A stretch of 62,837 nt of DNA, filler included, from an uncultured bacterium (GTDB lineage: Bacteria; Hinthialibacterota; Hinthialibacteria; Hinthialibacterales; Hinthialibacteraceae): assembly GCA_964449065.1 (NCBI GenBank). It is 5 parts of 5 records of this genome, joined end to end, with 100 filler letters (N's around TTAATTAATTAA, not from the genome) between each part and the next. Parts side by side here need not be neighbours in the genome. Positions count along the whole stretch, not along the records: positions 50,404 to 62,837 come from CAYVAZ010000146.1; 4 more parts are not named here. One strand, written 5' to 3'. Each line of letters starts with the position of its first letter. Positions within the stretch are counted from its first letter, which is position 1. The notes beneath the pieces were generated by a model. That model ran no database searches. It worked only from the letters and a program-made list of their open reading frames with translations, and was not told where the DNA came from. Position numbers and translations under genes: made by a program. Shown in pieces: positions 50,674-59,580 of the stretch.

Positions 50674-51282
50674 TCAGTATGAGACTGAAACATCTCTTCC
50701 CGTGAAATTTTCTCCTAAAATACCTTCATCGGAGACAATAACATCACCCACACTGTTCAAACCGTTGGTGGAATCGTATGCCATCCAAAAGGCGAGACGC
50801 TGGGGGCTGACGATGTACCAGCGGTCCGGGCCGGGACTGCGGGCGGTGTAACTTGCAGTGGGATGAACGTTAGCCTGCCCTCGTTCACGCATTTGCACTA
50901 AATTGCGGTAATGATACACGCCGACTTTAACGGATTCCCACGCGGCGCCGCTGAATTCGTTGTCCGCCGGGACGAACGGATCGAAGAAGGCGCTGCCGTT
51001 CATGTACGCGATGGGGGTGGTAAGTTGACGCCAAACATCCAGGCCATCACCGTTGCCGCCGGTCACACCGATTTGGGTGGGATCGGGGATGACGGTGTTG
51101 CTGTCGATACGGTACATTTCCATCGCGCTGCGAATAGAGCGGAGGTCGGCAAGGGCGCGGGAAACTTTGGCGCGAACTTGGGCGTTGAGAAAATTGGGGA
51201 CAGCTATCGCGGCCAGTATGCCGATAATTGCTACCACGATTAATAGTTCGATGAGGGTAAATGCGCGTTTGTTTGATGTCAT
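50674..51282 (-). CDS. Prepilin-type N-terminal cleavage/methylation protein
   Basis: KRAFTLIELLIVVAIIGILAAIAVPNFLNAQVRA; paralog of 16742-17317. Confidence 0.9.
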   Translation of the reverse strand: MTSNKRAFTLIELLIVVAIIGILAAIAVPNFLNAQVRAKVSRALADLRSIRSAMEMYRIDSNTVIPDPTQIGVTGGNGDGLDVWRQLTTPIAYMNGSAFFDPFVPADNEFSGAAWESVKVGVYHYRNLVQMRERGQANVHPTASYTARSPGPDRWYIVSPQRLAFWMAYDSTNGLNSVGDVIVSDEGILGENFTGRDVSVSY

Positions 51283-51350
51283 GTTTTGCCCCCGTCGTTT
51301 CAAGACTCTCATTCTAGCTGAAACGTGGTTTAGACAATCTTAACACAAAT

Positions 51351-52049
51351 TTAATTAAAGGCAATAAATTTTTCTCCATTATGCTGGATGAAAAGGGAGG
51401 TATTTTCTTTATTTGCATGCGGAAAATAATGTTGAGCGAGAAAGCCAGGTCCTACCGCAATGAAGCCGTACTGAGGCAGCAGGGTTGTTTGAAAGAGATA
51501 CTCATCACTCCCAAAATTGACGATCACTGCCCAGTGGTAGTCATACACCCATTTTTCGACGGTTTGGGTTTCGTTCAGATAGGTTTTTTCCGTAACGGAC
51601 AAGCCTTTTACGGATTCGGCGAAGGGGATGAGAAAAGCTTCTGTATTGGTTCGAAAGCAGGCATAAATATTCTGCTTTTCATCATGATGATTACCGCATT
51701 TGCTAAAACAGTATTCTGGAAGGGATAGTACGTTCGTTGACGGTTTTATTATATTGTTGGGATGGCTTGTGTATTCTGGCACTGAACCATGCACAAGATG
51801 ACGCAATACAATTCTTGCATCTGCTATACTAACCTCACGAGGTAGATTGGTACTTTGGTTTTTGGTAGGGGATTGGCAAGTATTCAATAAAAGTATACAG
51901 ATTACACCCGACAAAAATCTTATAATGGACGTGGATTTTCGAAACAAATACTTGCTCCTCTCTACAGAAACTATATTGTTGTAAAGTAGATTATTGTGAC
52001 ACCGTTTTTTAAAAAAATCATCATCTATGAACACGATTTTAACGATCAA
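51351..52049 (-). CDS. Hypothetical protein, possible lipoprotein; true start probably downstream of the given one
   Basis: 232-codon ORF; internal hydrophobic stretch ending LLNTC. Confidence 0.45.
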   Translation of the reverse strand: MIVKIVFIDDDFFKKRCHNNLLYNNIVSVERSKYLFRKSTSIIRFLSGVICILLLNTCQSPTKNQSTNLPREVSIADARIVLRHLVHGSVPEYTSHPNNIIKPSTNVLSLPEYCFSKCGNHHDEKQNIYACFRTNTEAFLIPFAESVKGLSVTEKTYLNETQTVEKWVYDYHWAVIVNFGSDEYLFQTTLLPQYGFIAVGPGFLAQHYFPHANKENTSLFIQHNGEKFIAFN

Positions 52050-52072
52050 ATCAAAATAAAAGGATATATAAA

Positions 52073-53293
52073 ATGAGATTATGCGGTTGGTTTTTCATTC
52101 TGATTTCAGCGATGAATTTGGTTCCTATATACGCTGAACCGGTAAAAATAGGTTTAGATGTATTGTTAGATGAACGGCTTGAACTTCTTAAAAATAAGAG
52201 AGTTGGGATTATTGGAAACCACACTGCGGTGGATTCGAACGGTATTTCAATCGTGGAACGGATTCAAGATCATGCAGAGGTTGTCGCGCTGTTTGGGCCG
52301 GAACATGGGTTTTCTGGAAGCCATTCTGCTGGGGATAAGGTGGACGATTCGAAGTTGGACGGTATCCCCATTTACAGCCTGTATGGAAGTCATAGAACAC
52401 CCACGCCGGAAATGTTGAAAAATGTTGAGGTTCTCATTTACGACATTCAGGATGTGGGGGTGAAGTTTTATACCTATATATCTAACTTGTTTTTGTGTAT
52501 GCAGGCGGCTGAGCGTGAAGACATTCCGATTGTGGTGCTGGACCGGCCCAATCCGATTGACGCGCTGCGGGTGGAGGGGGCGGTGACGAACCCGGCGTAT
52601 GCGAGTTTTGTGGGGATAATTCCCCTGACGGCACGGTATGGGATGACGGTGGGTGAGATTGCGAAATTGATGAATGGAGAACCCTTCTTGGGATTTGCTT
52701 TGAACGCGGATTTGACGGTCGTGCCGATGAAGAACTACAAGCGGGATATGTGGTATGACGAGACCGGGGTGCCATGGGTTGCTCCCTCACCGAATATGGG
52801 GACTTTGGAGACCGCGGCGGTGTATCCGGGATTGTGTTTGATTGAAGGAACAAATCTGTCGGAGGGGCGGGGAACGGATACCCCGTTTTTGACGATTGGG
52901 GCTCCGTTTATTGACGCTATGGAGCTGATTGAAGCGATTCCGGATAAAGTGAAAGAAGGGGTTGAGTTGGATGAAACTGTATTTGTACCGAAAGATATTC
53001 CCGGTGTGGCTTCGAATCCAAAGCATGAGGGGAAGCGGTGTTATGGATTACATATCAACATAACCGACCGGGATGCGTTTATGCCGATTCCATTTGCGGT
53101 GGCTGCGATTTGCGCGGTGCAGGAGTTATACCCCGGCAAGTTAGAGTTTCGCGCGTTTATTGACCGGTTGTGGGGGAATGAGGATTTACGTTCCATGGTG
53201 AAGGCGGGAAAGAGTTATCAGGAGATCATGGCTACAACGATTGATGGAGTAGAGCGGTTTAAGCAGGTACGGGAGCAGTATTTGATGTATTAA
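52073..53293 (+). CDS. namZ: Exo-beta-N-acetylmuramidase NamZ (DUF1343) family
   Basis: LFGPEHG, SLYG, YDIQDVGVKFYTY, LDRPNP, PSPNM, SEGRGT. Confidence 0.9.
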   Translation: MRLCGWFFILISAMNLVPIYAEPVKIGLDVLLDERLELLKNKRVGIIGNHTAVDSNGISIVERIQDHAEVVALFGPEHGFSGSHSAGDKVDDSKLDGIPIYSLYGSHRTPTPEMLKNVEVLIYDIQDVGVKFYTYISNLFLCMQAAEREDIPIVVLDRPNPIDALRVEGAVTNPAYASFVGIIPLTARYGMTVGEIAKLMNGEPFLGFALNADLTVVPMKNYKRDMWYDETGVPWVAPSPNMGTLETAAVYPGLCLIEGTNLSEGRGTDTPFLTIGAPFIDAMELIEAIPDKVKEGVELDETVFVPKDIPGVASNPKHEGKRCYGLHINITDRDAFMPIPFAVAAICAVQELYPGKLEFRAFIDRLWGNEDLRSMVKAGKSYQEIMATTIDGVERFKQVREQYLMY

Positions 53294-53302
53294 TGAATTT
53301 AC

Positions 53303-53335
53303 CGCAAAGGCACAGAGGACACAGAGGACACAGAG
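53303..53335 (+). repeat. Short 9-bp tandem repeat (CACAGAGGA)
   Basis: GGCACAGAGGACACAGAGGACACAGAG after the namZ stop. Confidence 0.7.
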
Positions 53336-53385
53336 ACTGAATTGTAGGATGGGTTGAGGTTTTCGCGATATCCATCAGGATCATT

Positions 53386-53826
53386 TTAAAAATACTTATC
53401 AACAATCAGATGGCTGGCATAGCCCAATAATGCGGCAAGGAGGTAAGGCAGCATTTCATACGGTGGGTTTCCGGAGTATTGTAGCAGGGCGAGGTAGAGG
53501 GCTCCTGGAATGAGAATCATGGCGGCGATGCTGTGGGTCCAGCCGCGATGTCGGCTCATGATGGGGAGGACGACCAAGAGGCCGAGATAGGCCGCCTTTT
53601 TATACTCTTCACGCAGGATGAGGATGATATCAACCAGGACGAAGGAGACAAGAAAGATGTATTGGCCTTTGCTTTTGGTATCGACATCCGGGAAGAGGCC
53701 GAAGAAGACTGCCAGCCCCACGCAGGCGAGTTGGCCGTAGAGATGCAGCGCATGAAAGAAGGGGAACGCGAATAGGAGTCCACAAAAGAGAAGAGCCGCG
53801 GTGGTGTGTGTTCGGTAACCTGCCAT
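53386..53826 (-). CDS. Membrane metal-dependent hydrolase (YdjM-like)
   Basis: YRTH, FPDVD, HRGWTHS, SHLIVD. Confidence 0.88.
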   Translation of the reverse strand: MAGYRTHTTAALLFCGLLFAFPFFHALHLYGQLACVGLAVFFGLFPDVDTKSKGQYIFLVSFVLVDIILILREEYKKAAYLGLLVVLPIMSRHRGWTHSIAAMILIPGALYLALLQYSGNPPYEMLPYLLAALLGYASHLIVDKYF

Positions 53827-53847
53827 GTTTGGGATTATAGCAACAAA

Positions 53848-53880
53848 AAAAGGTGATGAAGCATATCTTCATCACCTTTT
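53848..53880. terminator. Intrinsic, potentially bidirectional terminator
   Basis: AAAAGGTGATGAAG-catat-CTTCATCACCTTTT. Confidence 0.7.
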
Positions 53881-53886
53881 GGCTTA

Positions 53887-53980
53887 ACAGATTTCAGGTT
53901 TGTGTAGTAGGGGCACATTGCAATGTGCCCCAACAGCAAGTGCGATACCAATTATCTGTCTACCCAACCTTGAATTACTC
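53887..53980. mobile_element. MITE family B variant (inverted) carrying GTAGGGGCACATTGCAATGTGCCCC REP
   Basis: Ends match the reverse complement of 50538-50607; TA on both sides. Confidence 0.75.
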
Positions 53981-54006
53981 TAAATATGTTTCAAGGAAAG
54001 AGTGAT

Positions 54007-54573
54007 TTATTCAGCGGATTTTTCTTTGTTGTCGGGGATTAGTTTGACGTATTTTTCGACGTCTTTCATCAGTTGCTCACCGCGCAGATCTTTGTCGAAC
54101 ATGTCTTCGGTTCCACGCAAGACGATTTTGCCGGTATGGTCTAATAAAAACGGAGTCGGTACCGCTCGGACTTGGTAGGTTTCAGCAAATTTAAAGCCAT
54201 CATCAATGATGTGAATCCATTCCATTTCGTGTTCTTTGGTGAATTCTTTAACCGTATCCGGTGTATCCCGCAGGGCCATGCTGACGATTTCGAAGCCTTT
54301 TTTGTTGAATTTTTCGTAGGTTTCTTTTAAGTGTGGCAACTCGTCACGGCATGGCGGGCACCAGGTTCCCCAAAAGTCGACCAAAACGACTTTTCCGCGC
54401 AGGTCTTTCAAGCTGAATTCTTTTCCTTCAATGGTTTTGGCTTGGATGGTTGGGGCGGTTTTACCGACTGCGGCGGTTTGGGATGCGGCTTTTTCGGATG
54501 CCCATGTGCCGGAAGCGGTGAATGCTGTCACTATCATGGCTGAAATGATTAGAGATACGAATTTTGTGTACAT
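54007..54573 (-). CDS. TlpA/redoxin-family thiol-disulfide oxidoreductase
   Basis: Signal peptide; LVDFWGTWCPPC; AVP. Confidence 0.92.
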   Translation of the reverse strand: MYTKFVSLIISAMIVTAFTASGTWASEKAASQTAAVGKTAPTIQAKTIEGKEFSLKDLRGKVVLVDFWGTWCPPCRDELPHLKETYEKFNKKGFEIVSMALRDTPDTVKEFTKEHEMEWIHIIDDGFKFAETYQVRAVPTPFLLDHTGKIVLRGTEDMFDKDLRGEQLMKDVEKYVKLIPDNKEKSAE

Positions 54574-54672
54574 AAGACTCTCCTCAAGGGTTAAAATTTA
54601 TAACGCTATCATAACAATATACGTATGAGTTCATCTTAATGATACCTAAAAATATTGTGATTCCAAGAAAAA

Positions 54673-54704
54673 AATCCAGCAAGGGATGGTGCCGATGCTG
54701 GATT
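54673..54704 (-). terminator. Probable intrinsic terminator
   Basis: AATCCAGCA...TGCTGGATT stem with a T-run on the minus strand. Confidence 0.5.
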
Positions 54705-54964
54705 GATCTTTTTACCATTGAAGAAGCGTCAAGGTAGAATTTTGGCAACATCAATACCTTGCTTCTCCCGGCTTTGTATTTCTTTACCGCTTATTTCATT
54801 TTCATAACCTTCTTATGTCGAAAGATGATTTTATTGCACTCTCTCCCTAAGCGATTATAACGCAACCTCCGCCAAATCCATTTTCAGAATTCATTTTGCC
54901 GCCGCAGGCATCAAGGTGCATCACAAAGAATTTGTGCTTTCTGTATATTACGATACAATTTTGG

Positions 54965-55229
54965 CTATTTGTACACTTGATTGTGCGTTCCAACCCGAAT
55001 AAAGGTCACAACTCTGTACCCGTCTTGTTCTTCAAACACCAATCGCAAATCACCACCACCGGCGGATATTGCACGAAGTCTTTGAAATTTACCTTTGAGA
55101 GCATGATTTTTGAGTTGAAAGTCATACGGATTGTTTTCAAATTGCTTCAATACTTGATTAACACGAACTTTTTGAGTTGGCGTAAGCCGCTGATTTTTTT
55201 TTAAATGATTTAAGGAACCGGATTTTCAT
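54965..55229 (-). pseudogene. YafQ/RelE-like toxin frameshifted in an A9 run
   Basis: MKIRFLKSFKK then shifted QRLTPTQK..LKNHALKGK..DLRLVF..RVGTHNQVY*; T9 at 55194-55202. Confidence 0.85.
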
Positions 55230-55233
55230 CCTT

Positions 55234-55473
55234 TCACTCTGGCGCGTTTAACCATTGAATTGCATCATCCATCGAGTCAAATGCCGGACTGACATTAATC
55301 CCTTTTTTGGCATCCTCCAAATCGTTTATCATGTCTTCCATCTCTTCATTGGAATATTCACATTCAATAAACTCTTCTTTTGGTTGTGATTCGATGAGAT
55401 AGTTCCTCACCTTTGCACGCTCTTCAAGTGACAAGGCATTGATTTGTTGAATGATTTGTTCGGCGGTTATCAT
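55234..55473 (-). CDS. Acidic antitoxin-like protein
   Basis: Ends FDSMDDAIQWLN as in RelB/DinJ-type C-termini; 4 nt upstream of the toxin ATG. Confidence 0.72.
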   Translation of the reverse strand: MITAEQIIQQINALSLEERAKVRNYLIESQPKEEFIECEYSNEEMEDMINDLEDAKKGINVSPAFDSMDDAIQWLNAPE

Positions 55474-55849
55474 GGCTGTAACCTTCACATTATACGTTTC
55501 AATCCCATCATACCGCATGGAATGAAATTTGTCTATTCTATATTAAAATTCCACCGCACTGCAAAGAGAAATTCTGCTTTGCCTTTGCCCAATATAATTA
55601 GACTTGATTTCAATTAGACCGGACTTCAACGGTTAGTTGCCTCCTGCACCCGCATGCGTTATTTCTTGCGGGACAAAGTTTTCCATGACTCAAGAGTTCC
55701 ATTTTCGGTGAATGTCCGCTCGCCATCCCGATGAAATTCTGTAATGATGAATATGGATTGCCGAAAGATTCTGTGCAATGGAACTCAAAATCCTGTCTAT
55801 GTGAGTTTTAAAGACATCCACAAATTTTAACCATCAATTTGATTGGAAT

Positions 55850-56184
55850 ATGGAACCAGTTTATGATACCAAAAATAAAGAAAAATCTTTGAACCTCTTA
55901 CGTTTAATTTTCAAGCGCCCTGTCAGTGGAAATATACAGTGGCGGGAAGTCGAATCTTTTTGAAAGAACAGGGGGCGGACATCAAGGAACGTGGAGGGTC
56001 GAGGATCGCTATAAGTATTGGTGATCACGTTCTATTTCATCATCGGCCTCATCCTTCGCCAAGTATGGATAAGGGAGCGGTAGCGGCTTTACGAGATTTT
56101 TTGAAACGTGCGGAATTACGCCGGATGGAGACAACGAATGAACACATTGAAATACAAAGATTATGTGGCCACGATTTCTTATGA
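55850..56184 (+). pseudogene. hicA: HicA toxin with a 1-bp deletion in a T run
   Basis: IFKRPVSGNIQWREVESF* then shifted LKEQGADIKERGGSRI..HRPHPSP..KGAV; shift at 55957-55961. Confidence 0.85.
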
Positions 56185-56479
56185 TCCGGAAATAGACTGT
56201 TTTATGGGACGCGTTGTGAATGCGCGGGATATGATTACCTTTTATGGGAAATCAACGGATGAGCTGCACAAAGAGTTTCAAGTGTCGGTCAACGATTATT
56301 TAGCCTATTGTGAGGAAGAAGGGCTGGAACCGGCCAAACCATACAGCGGTCAGTTCCGCCTCCGTCTTCCAGTGGACTTACATGCAAAACTTTCCGCATT
56401 GGCAGCAACCAAGAACGAAAGCCTCAACAGTTTTATTGTAAAAACTCTCTCGAACGAAGTTGAGCAAATTGGGGTATAG
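56138..56479 (+). CDS. hicB: HicB antitoxin
   Basis: MNTLKYKDY..ITFYG..SVNDYLAYC..KPYSGQFRLRLP..LH..SLNSFI; GGAG RBS. Confidence 0.92.
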   Translation: MNTLKYKDYVATISYDPEIDCFMGRVVNARDMITFYGKSTDELHKEFQVSVNDYLAYCEEEGLEPAKPYSGQFRLRLPVDLHAKLSALAATKNESLNSFIVKTLSNEVEQIGV

Positions 56480-56709
56480 CCATTATCCTATTTTTTTAAT
56501 TTAGATTTTATGAGTAACCGCTTGGCTGCCGAAGTTATACCAAGCGTGACAGTTAGGTTTTTGTCATGCTTGGTAGTGTGAAGATTTACCGATGTATTTG
56601 AATGGAGAACCCACCTACCGTGCTATTACCACATTAAAAGTGGAAGGGCAGATTCAACCCCCACCTAGCCTCCCCCAGTCTTGGAGTAGGAATTGTGAAG
56701 CTCGAAAGT

Positions 56710-56880
56710 TCACCGGTATTTCTGAGTGAGGAAGGTGAAGGCTTCTTTTTGTCCGCGGGCCAGTCGCCGGGTTGGGTCATGACGGCGTTTTTGAGGGCGG
56801 TGGCGCAATTGCATTTATTCTGCTCGCGGGTTTCGTGAATCTTGGGTACCGCTTTTTTGAACAGACTCTTTATTTGTTTC
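56710..56880 (-). pseudogene. Stranded, diverged duplicate of the mtnP 3' end
   Basis: Encodes AVPKIHETREQNKCNCATALKNAVMTQPGDWPAD..EAFTFLTQKYR*; aligns to 57575-57745. Confidence 0.92.
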
Positions 56881-56902
56881 GTAATACAAAATAAAATGAA
56901 TA

Positions 56903-57189
56903 ATGATTGTTTCGTACAAAAACAAAGACACACAAAACTATTTTGACGGTAAAGAGGTACGCAAGTTTAATTCGGTGGACAGGGAATTAGCATACAAGCG
57001 TTTTGACTATTTGGATTCCGCTCAGAAATTGTCCGATATTCCTCCTTTAAAGAGTATTCATTTGCAGGGTAAGCGGAAAGGTCAGTGGGCGTTTCACTAA
57101 ATGGCCCGTGGAGACTGTGTTTTGAGTTCAAAAACGGAAACGCTTATAACGTCGAATTGGTTGATTATCACAAAGAAAAGAAGGGATAA
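56903..57189 (+). pseudogene. higB: HigB (plasmid maintenance killer) toxin with a 1-bp deletion
   Basis: MIVSYKNK..KGQW then shifted VSLNGPWRLCFEFKNGNAYNVELVDYH; shift near 57089-57091. Confidence 0.88.
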
Positions 57190-57192
57190 CTG

Positions 57193-57468
57193 ATGACAAA
57201 ACGAATCCCAACCCACCCCGGTGAAATCGTAAAGGATGAACTGAAGGCGAGAGGGCTAAGTGTGAACCAATTTGCAAAAGAGTTGCAGGTACCGGCAGGC
57301 AGAATCAGCCAAATCATAAACGGGAAACGCTCCATATCACCCGACACAGCGATACGGTTCTCTCACTTTTTTGGAACGTCCGCCGAAGTATGGATGAATC
57401 TCCAAACCAAATACGATTTAGCAATCGCCCGCAAGAAATTCAATCATGAAATGAAAGCTGCTTCTTAA
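57193..57468 (+). CDS. higA: HigA antitoxin (HTH)
   Basis: PTHPGEIV..RISQIINGKRSISPDTA..GTSAEVWMNLQTKYDL. Confidence 0.93.
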   Translation: MTKRIPTHPGEIVKDELKARGLSVNQFAKELQVPAGRISQIINGKRSISPDTAIRFSHFFGTSAEVWMNLQTKYDLAIARKKFNHEMKAAS

Positions 57469-57574
57469 TCTTACTCTCCCTTACCTCTACTCTTATATTT
57501 TCCGGAGCTGCACATCTCACAATGTGAGGGAGTAGATAGACCGGGTGAATCATGAGTGTAAAACAGAATGGAAT

Positions 57575-58432
57575 TCACCGGTATTTTTGGGTGAGGAAGG
57601 TGAAGGCTTCTTTTTTGTCTTCAGGCCAGTCGTCCGGCTGGGTCATGACGGCGTTTTTAAGGGCGGTGGCGCAGTTGCATTTGTTTTGTTCGCGGGTATC
57701 GGGAATCTTGGGGACAGCATTTTTAATTAAGGTTTTAACGTGTTCCGCGTTTTTGTGCAGGTTGGCGATAACCATCTGTACATCCACCTCTTCTTCATGC
57801 CAGCAGTCGTAATCGGTAGACATAGCCACCATGGCGTAGCAAATTTCCGCCTCGCGTGCGAGTTTGGCTTCGGGCATGGCGGTCATGCCGATGAGCGAAG
57901 CGCCCATCGTGCGGTGCAGTTCGGATTCGGCGCGGGTAGAGAACGCCGGGCCTTCCATGCAAAGGTAGGTTCCGGTTTCATGGCATTCAACGCCTACTTC
58001 TTTGGTGGCTTCAATTAGCACCTTGCGCAACGGATCGCAGAAGGGATCGGCAAAGCTGATATGGCACGCTGCCGGATGGAAGAAGGTTCCGTGGCGGTGT
58101 TTGGTGCGGTCGATGACTTGATCGGGGATGACGAAATCGAGCGGTTTAACTTCGAGTTTCAAACTTCCGCAAGCGTTGATGGAGATGATCCATTCGACAT
58201 CCAGTTTCTTCAATGCGTAGATATTGGCCGCATAGGGTACATGGGTTGGATTGTATTTATGGGTTCTGCCGTGGCGGGGCAAAAAGGCGAGTTCACGGCC
58301 TTCATAACGCCCTAAGCGGATTGTATCGGACGGATCGCCGTACGGGGTGTCAACCGCGGCTTCGTCGTAGTAATCAATGCCATCCAAGTTATAGACTCCG
58401 GAACCGCCGATAATGCCGATACGTGCTGCCAT
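57575..58432 (-). CDS. mtnP: S-methyl-5'-thioadenosine phosphorylase
   Basis: IGIIGGSG, FLPRHG, CGSL, MEGPAFSTRAES, GMT..PEAKLAREAE, TDYDCWH; GGAGG RBS. Confidence 0.95.
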   Translation of the reverse strand: MAARIGIIGGSGVYNLDGIDYYDEAAVDTPYGDPSDTIRLGRYEGRELAFLPRHGRTHKYNPTHVPYAANIYALKKLDVEWIISINACGSLKLEVKPLDFVIPDQVIDRTKHRHGTFFHPAACHISFADPFCDPLRKVLIEATKEVGVECHETGTYLCMEGPAFSTRAESELHRTMGASLIGMTAMPEAKLAREAEICYAMVAMSTDYDCWHEEEVDVQMVIANLHKNAEHVKTLIKNAVPKIPDTREQNKCNCATALKNAVMTQPDDWPEDKKEAFTFLTQKYR

Positions 58433-58588
58433 GCCAATACCTCCAAGTGACAAGTGTAAAGTGACATGTGAAGTGTTGGATAAACTTCTTTCATCACTCA
58501 TCTTTGATCCTAATTTCCGCTACCATAGGTGGAAGATGTGCCGCGGTCAAGCACAGGACAATGGATGCTAACATGGAAGGATATCCTT

Positions 58589-59485
58589 ATGATACGAAGT
58601 ATGACGGGATTTTGCAGTATACGGGAAACATTGGAAGAAGCGACGTTTACGCTGGATATCAAAACTTTGAATCACAAAGGGTTTGATTTTCACTTTAACG
58701 CGCCGCGTTCGCTGTCGATGTTGGAGATTCGGATACGGGATTTTATCAAAGAGAGAATTCCACGCGGGCGGGTGGAATTTGTGATGCGCGGCAGCCGCCT
58801 GTTTTTGGAAGAGAAGAGCATACTTCCCAACTTGGAAATGGCGCGGCAATATTATGATGCCGCCAAGGCCGTGGCCGAAAAATTGGAGTTGGAGTTTGAA
58901 TTGGATATAGACGACCTTATGGGGATGAATGGGGTGCTGGAGACCGAAGAAACCAATTGCACGTTGGATGAAGCGTGGGAACGCATTCGCGGATTTGTGG
59001 ATCAAGCGGCAACGGAAGTTGTTCAATTGCAGGTGGCAGAAGGAAACGCGCTGGAAGAGGAATTGAACGAGCTGTTGGATACCATTATGGTGATTCGGAA
59101 TGAAATCGCGGAACTGCGTCCGTTGGTGTTGGATGAAAACCGGCAGAAATTATTAGATCGCATTGGCGAGTGGAAGCAGAAAGTGGAAATGGATGAAAAC
59201 CGGATCATTCAAGAAGTGGCCATCTTAGGAGACCGGGCGGATATTCAAGAAGAATTAATACGCTTGCAGGGGCATGTGAAACAGTTCCACGAAGCGATGG
59301 CGGAGAATGACGGGGCAGGCAAATATCACCCGGTCGGACGGCGGTTGGACTTTTTGTGCCAGGAGTTGTTCCGGGAGATCAATACAATCGGGTCAAAGTG
59401 CTCAAATTTGGAGATATCGAAACGGGTAATCACACTGAAAACGAAAGCGGATCAGTTGCGCGAACAGGTACAGAATGTGGAGTGA
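58589..59485 (+). CDS. yicC: YicC/YloC-family endoribonuclease
   Basis: MIRSMTGF, RGRV, DIQEELIRL, GRRLDFLCQELFREINTIGSK, REQVQNVE. Confidence 0.93.
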   Translation: MIRSMTGFCSIRETLEEATFTLDIKTLNHKGFDFHFNAPRSLSMLEIRIRDFIKERIPRGRVEFVMRGSRLFLEEKSILPNLEMARQYYDAAKAVAEKLELEFELDIDDLMGMNGVLETEETNCTLDEAWERIRGFVDQAATEVVQLQVAEGNALEEELNELLDTIMVIRNEIAELRPLVLDENRQKLLDRIGEWKQKVEMDENRIIQEVAILGDRADIQEELIRLQGHVKQFHEAMAENDGAGKYHPVGRRLDFLCQELFREINTIGSKCSNLEISKRVITLKTKADQLREQVQNVE

Positions 59486-59580
59486 GAATGTTATAGTTTT
59501 CGATTTGGTTTTGTACGCGTTTCGATCCCCCTTAGCCCCTCTTTCATGAGGGGGAATCCTTCTATCAAACGTAGGCAGCA

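Noticed and set aside
55600..55810. Gene remnant between the YafQ-like and hicAB loci
   Set aside because: Manual translation of the three minus-strand frames gave nothing recognisable, and the ORF track lists nothing here.
56634..56933. 99-aa ORF as an independent gene
   Set aside because: It is the stranded mtnP 3' fragment read through a frameshift into repeat DNA.
54965..57189. Stop-codon reassignment explaining the broken toxins
   Set aside because: The lesions are frame changes, not in-frame stops, and all three stop codons end ordinary genes in this window.
56710..57745. Diversity-generating retroelement template/variable repeat pair
   Set aside because: Differences are mostly synonymous and not adenine-specific, and there is no reverse transcriptase.
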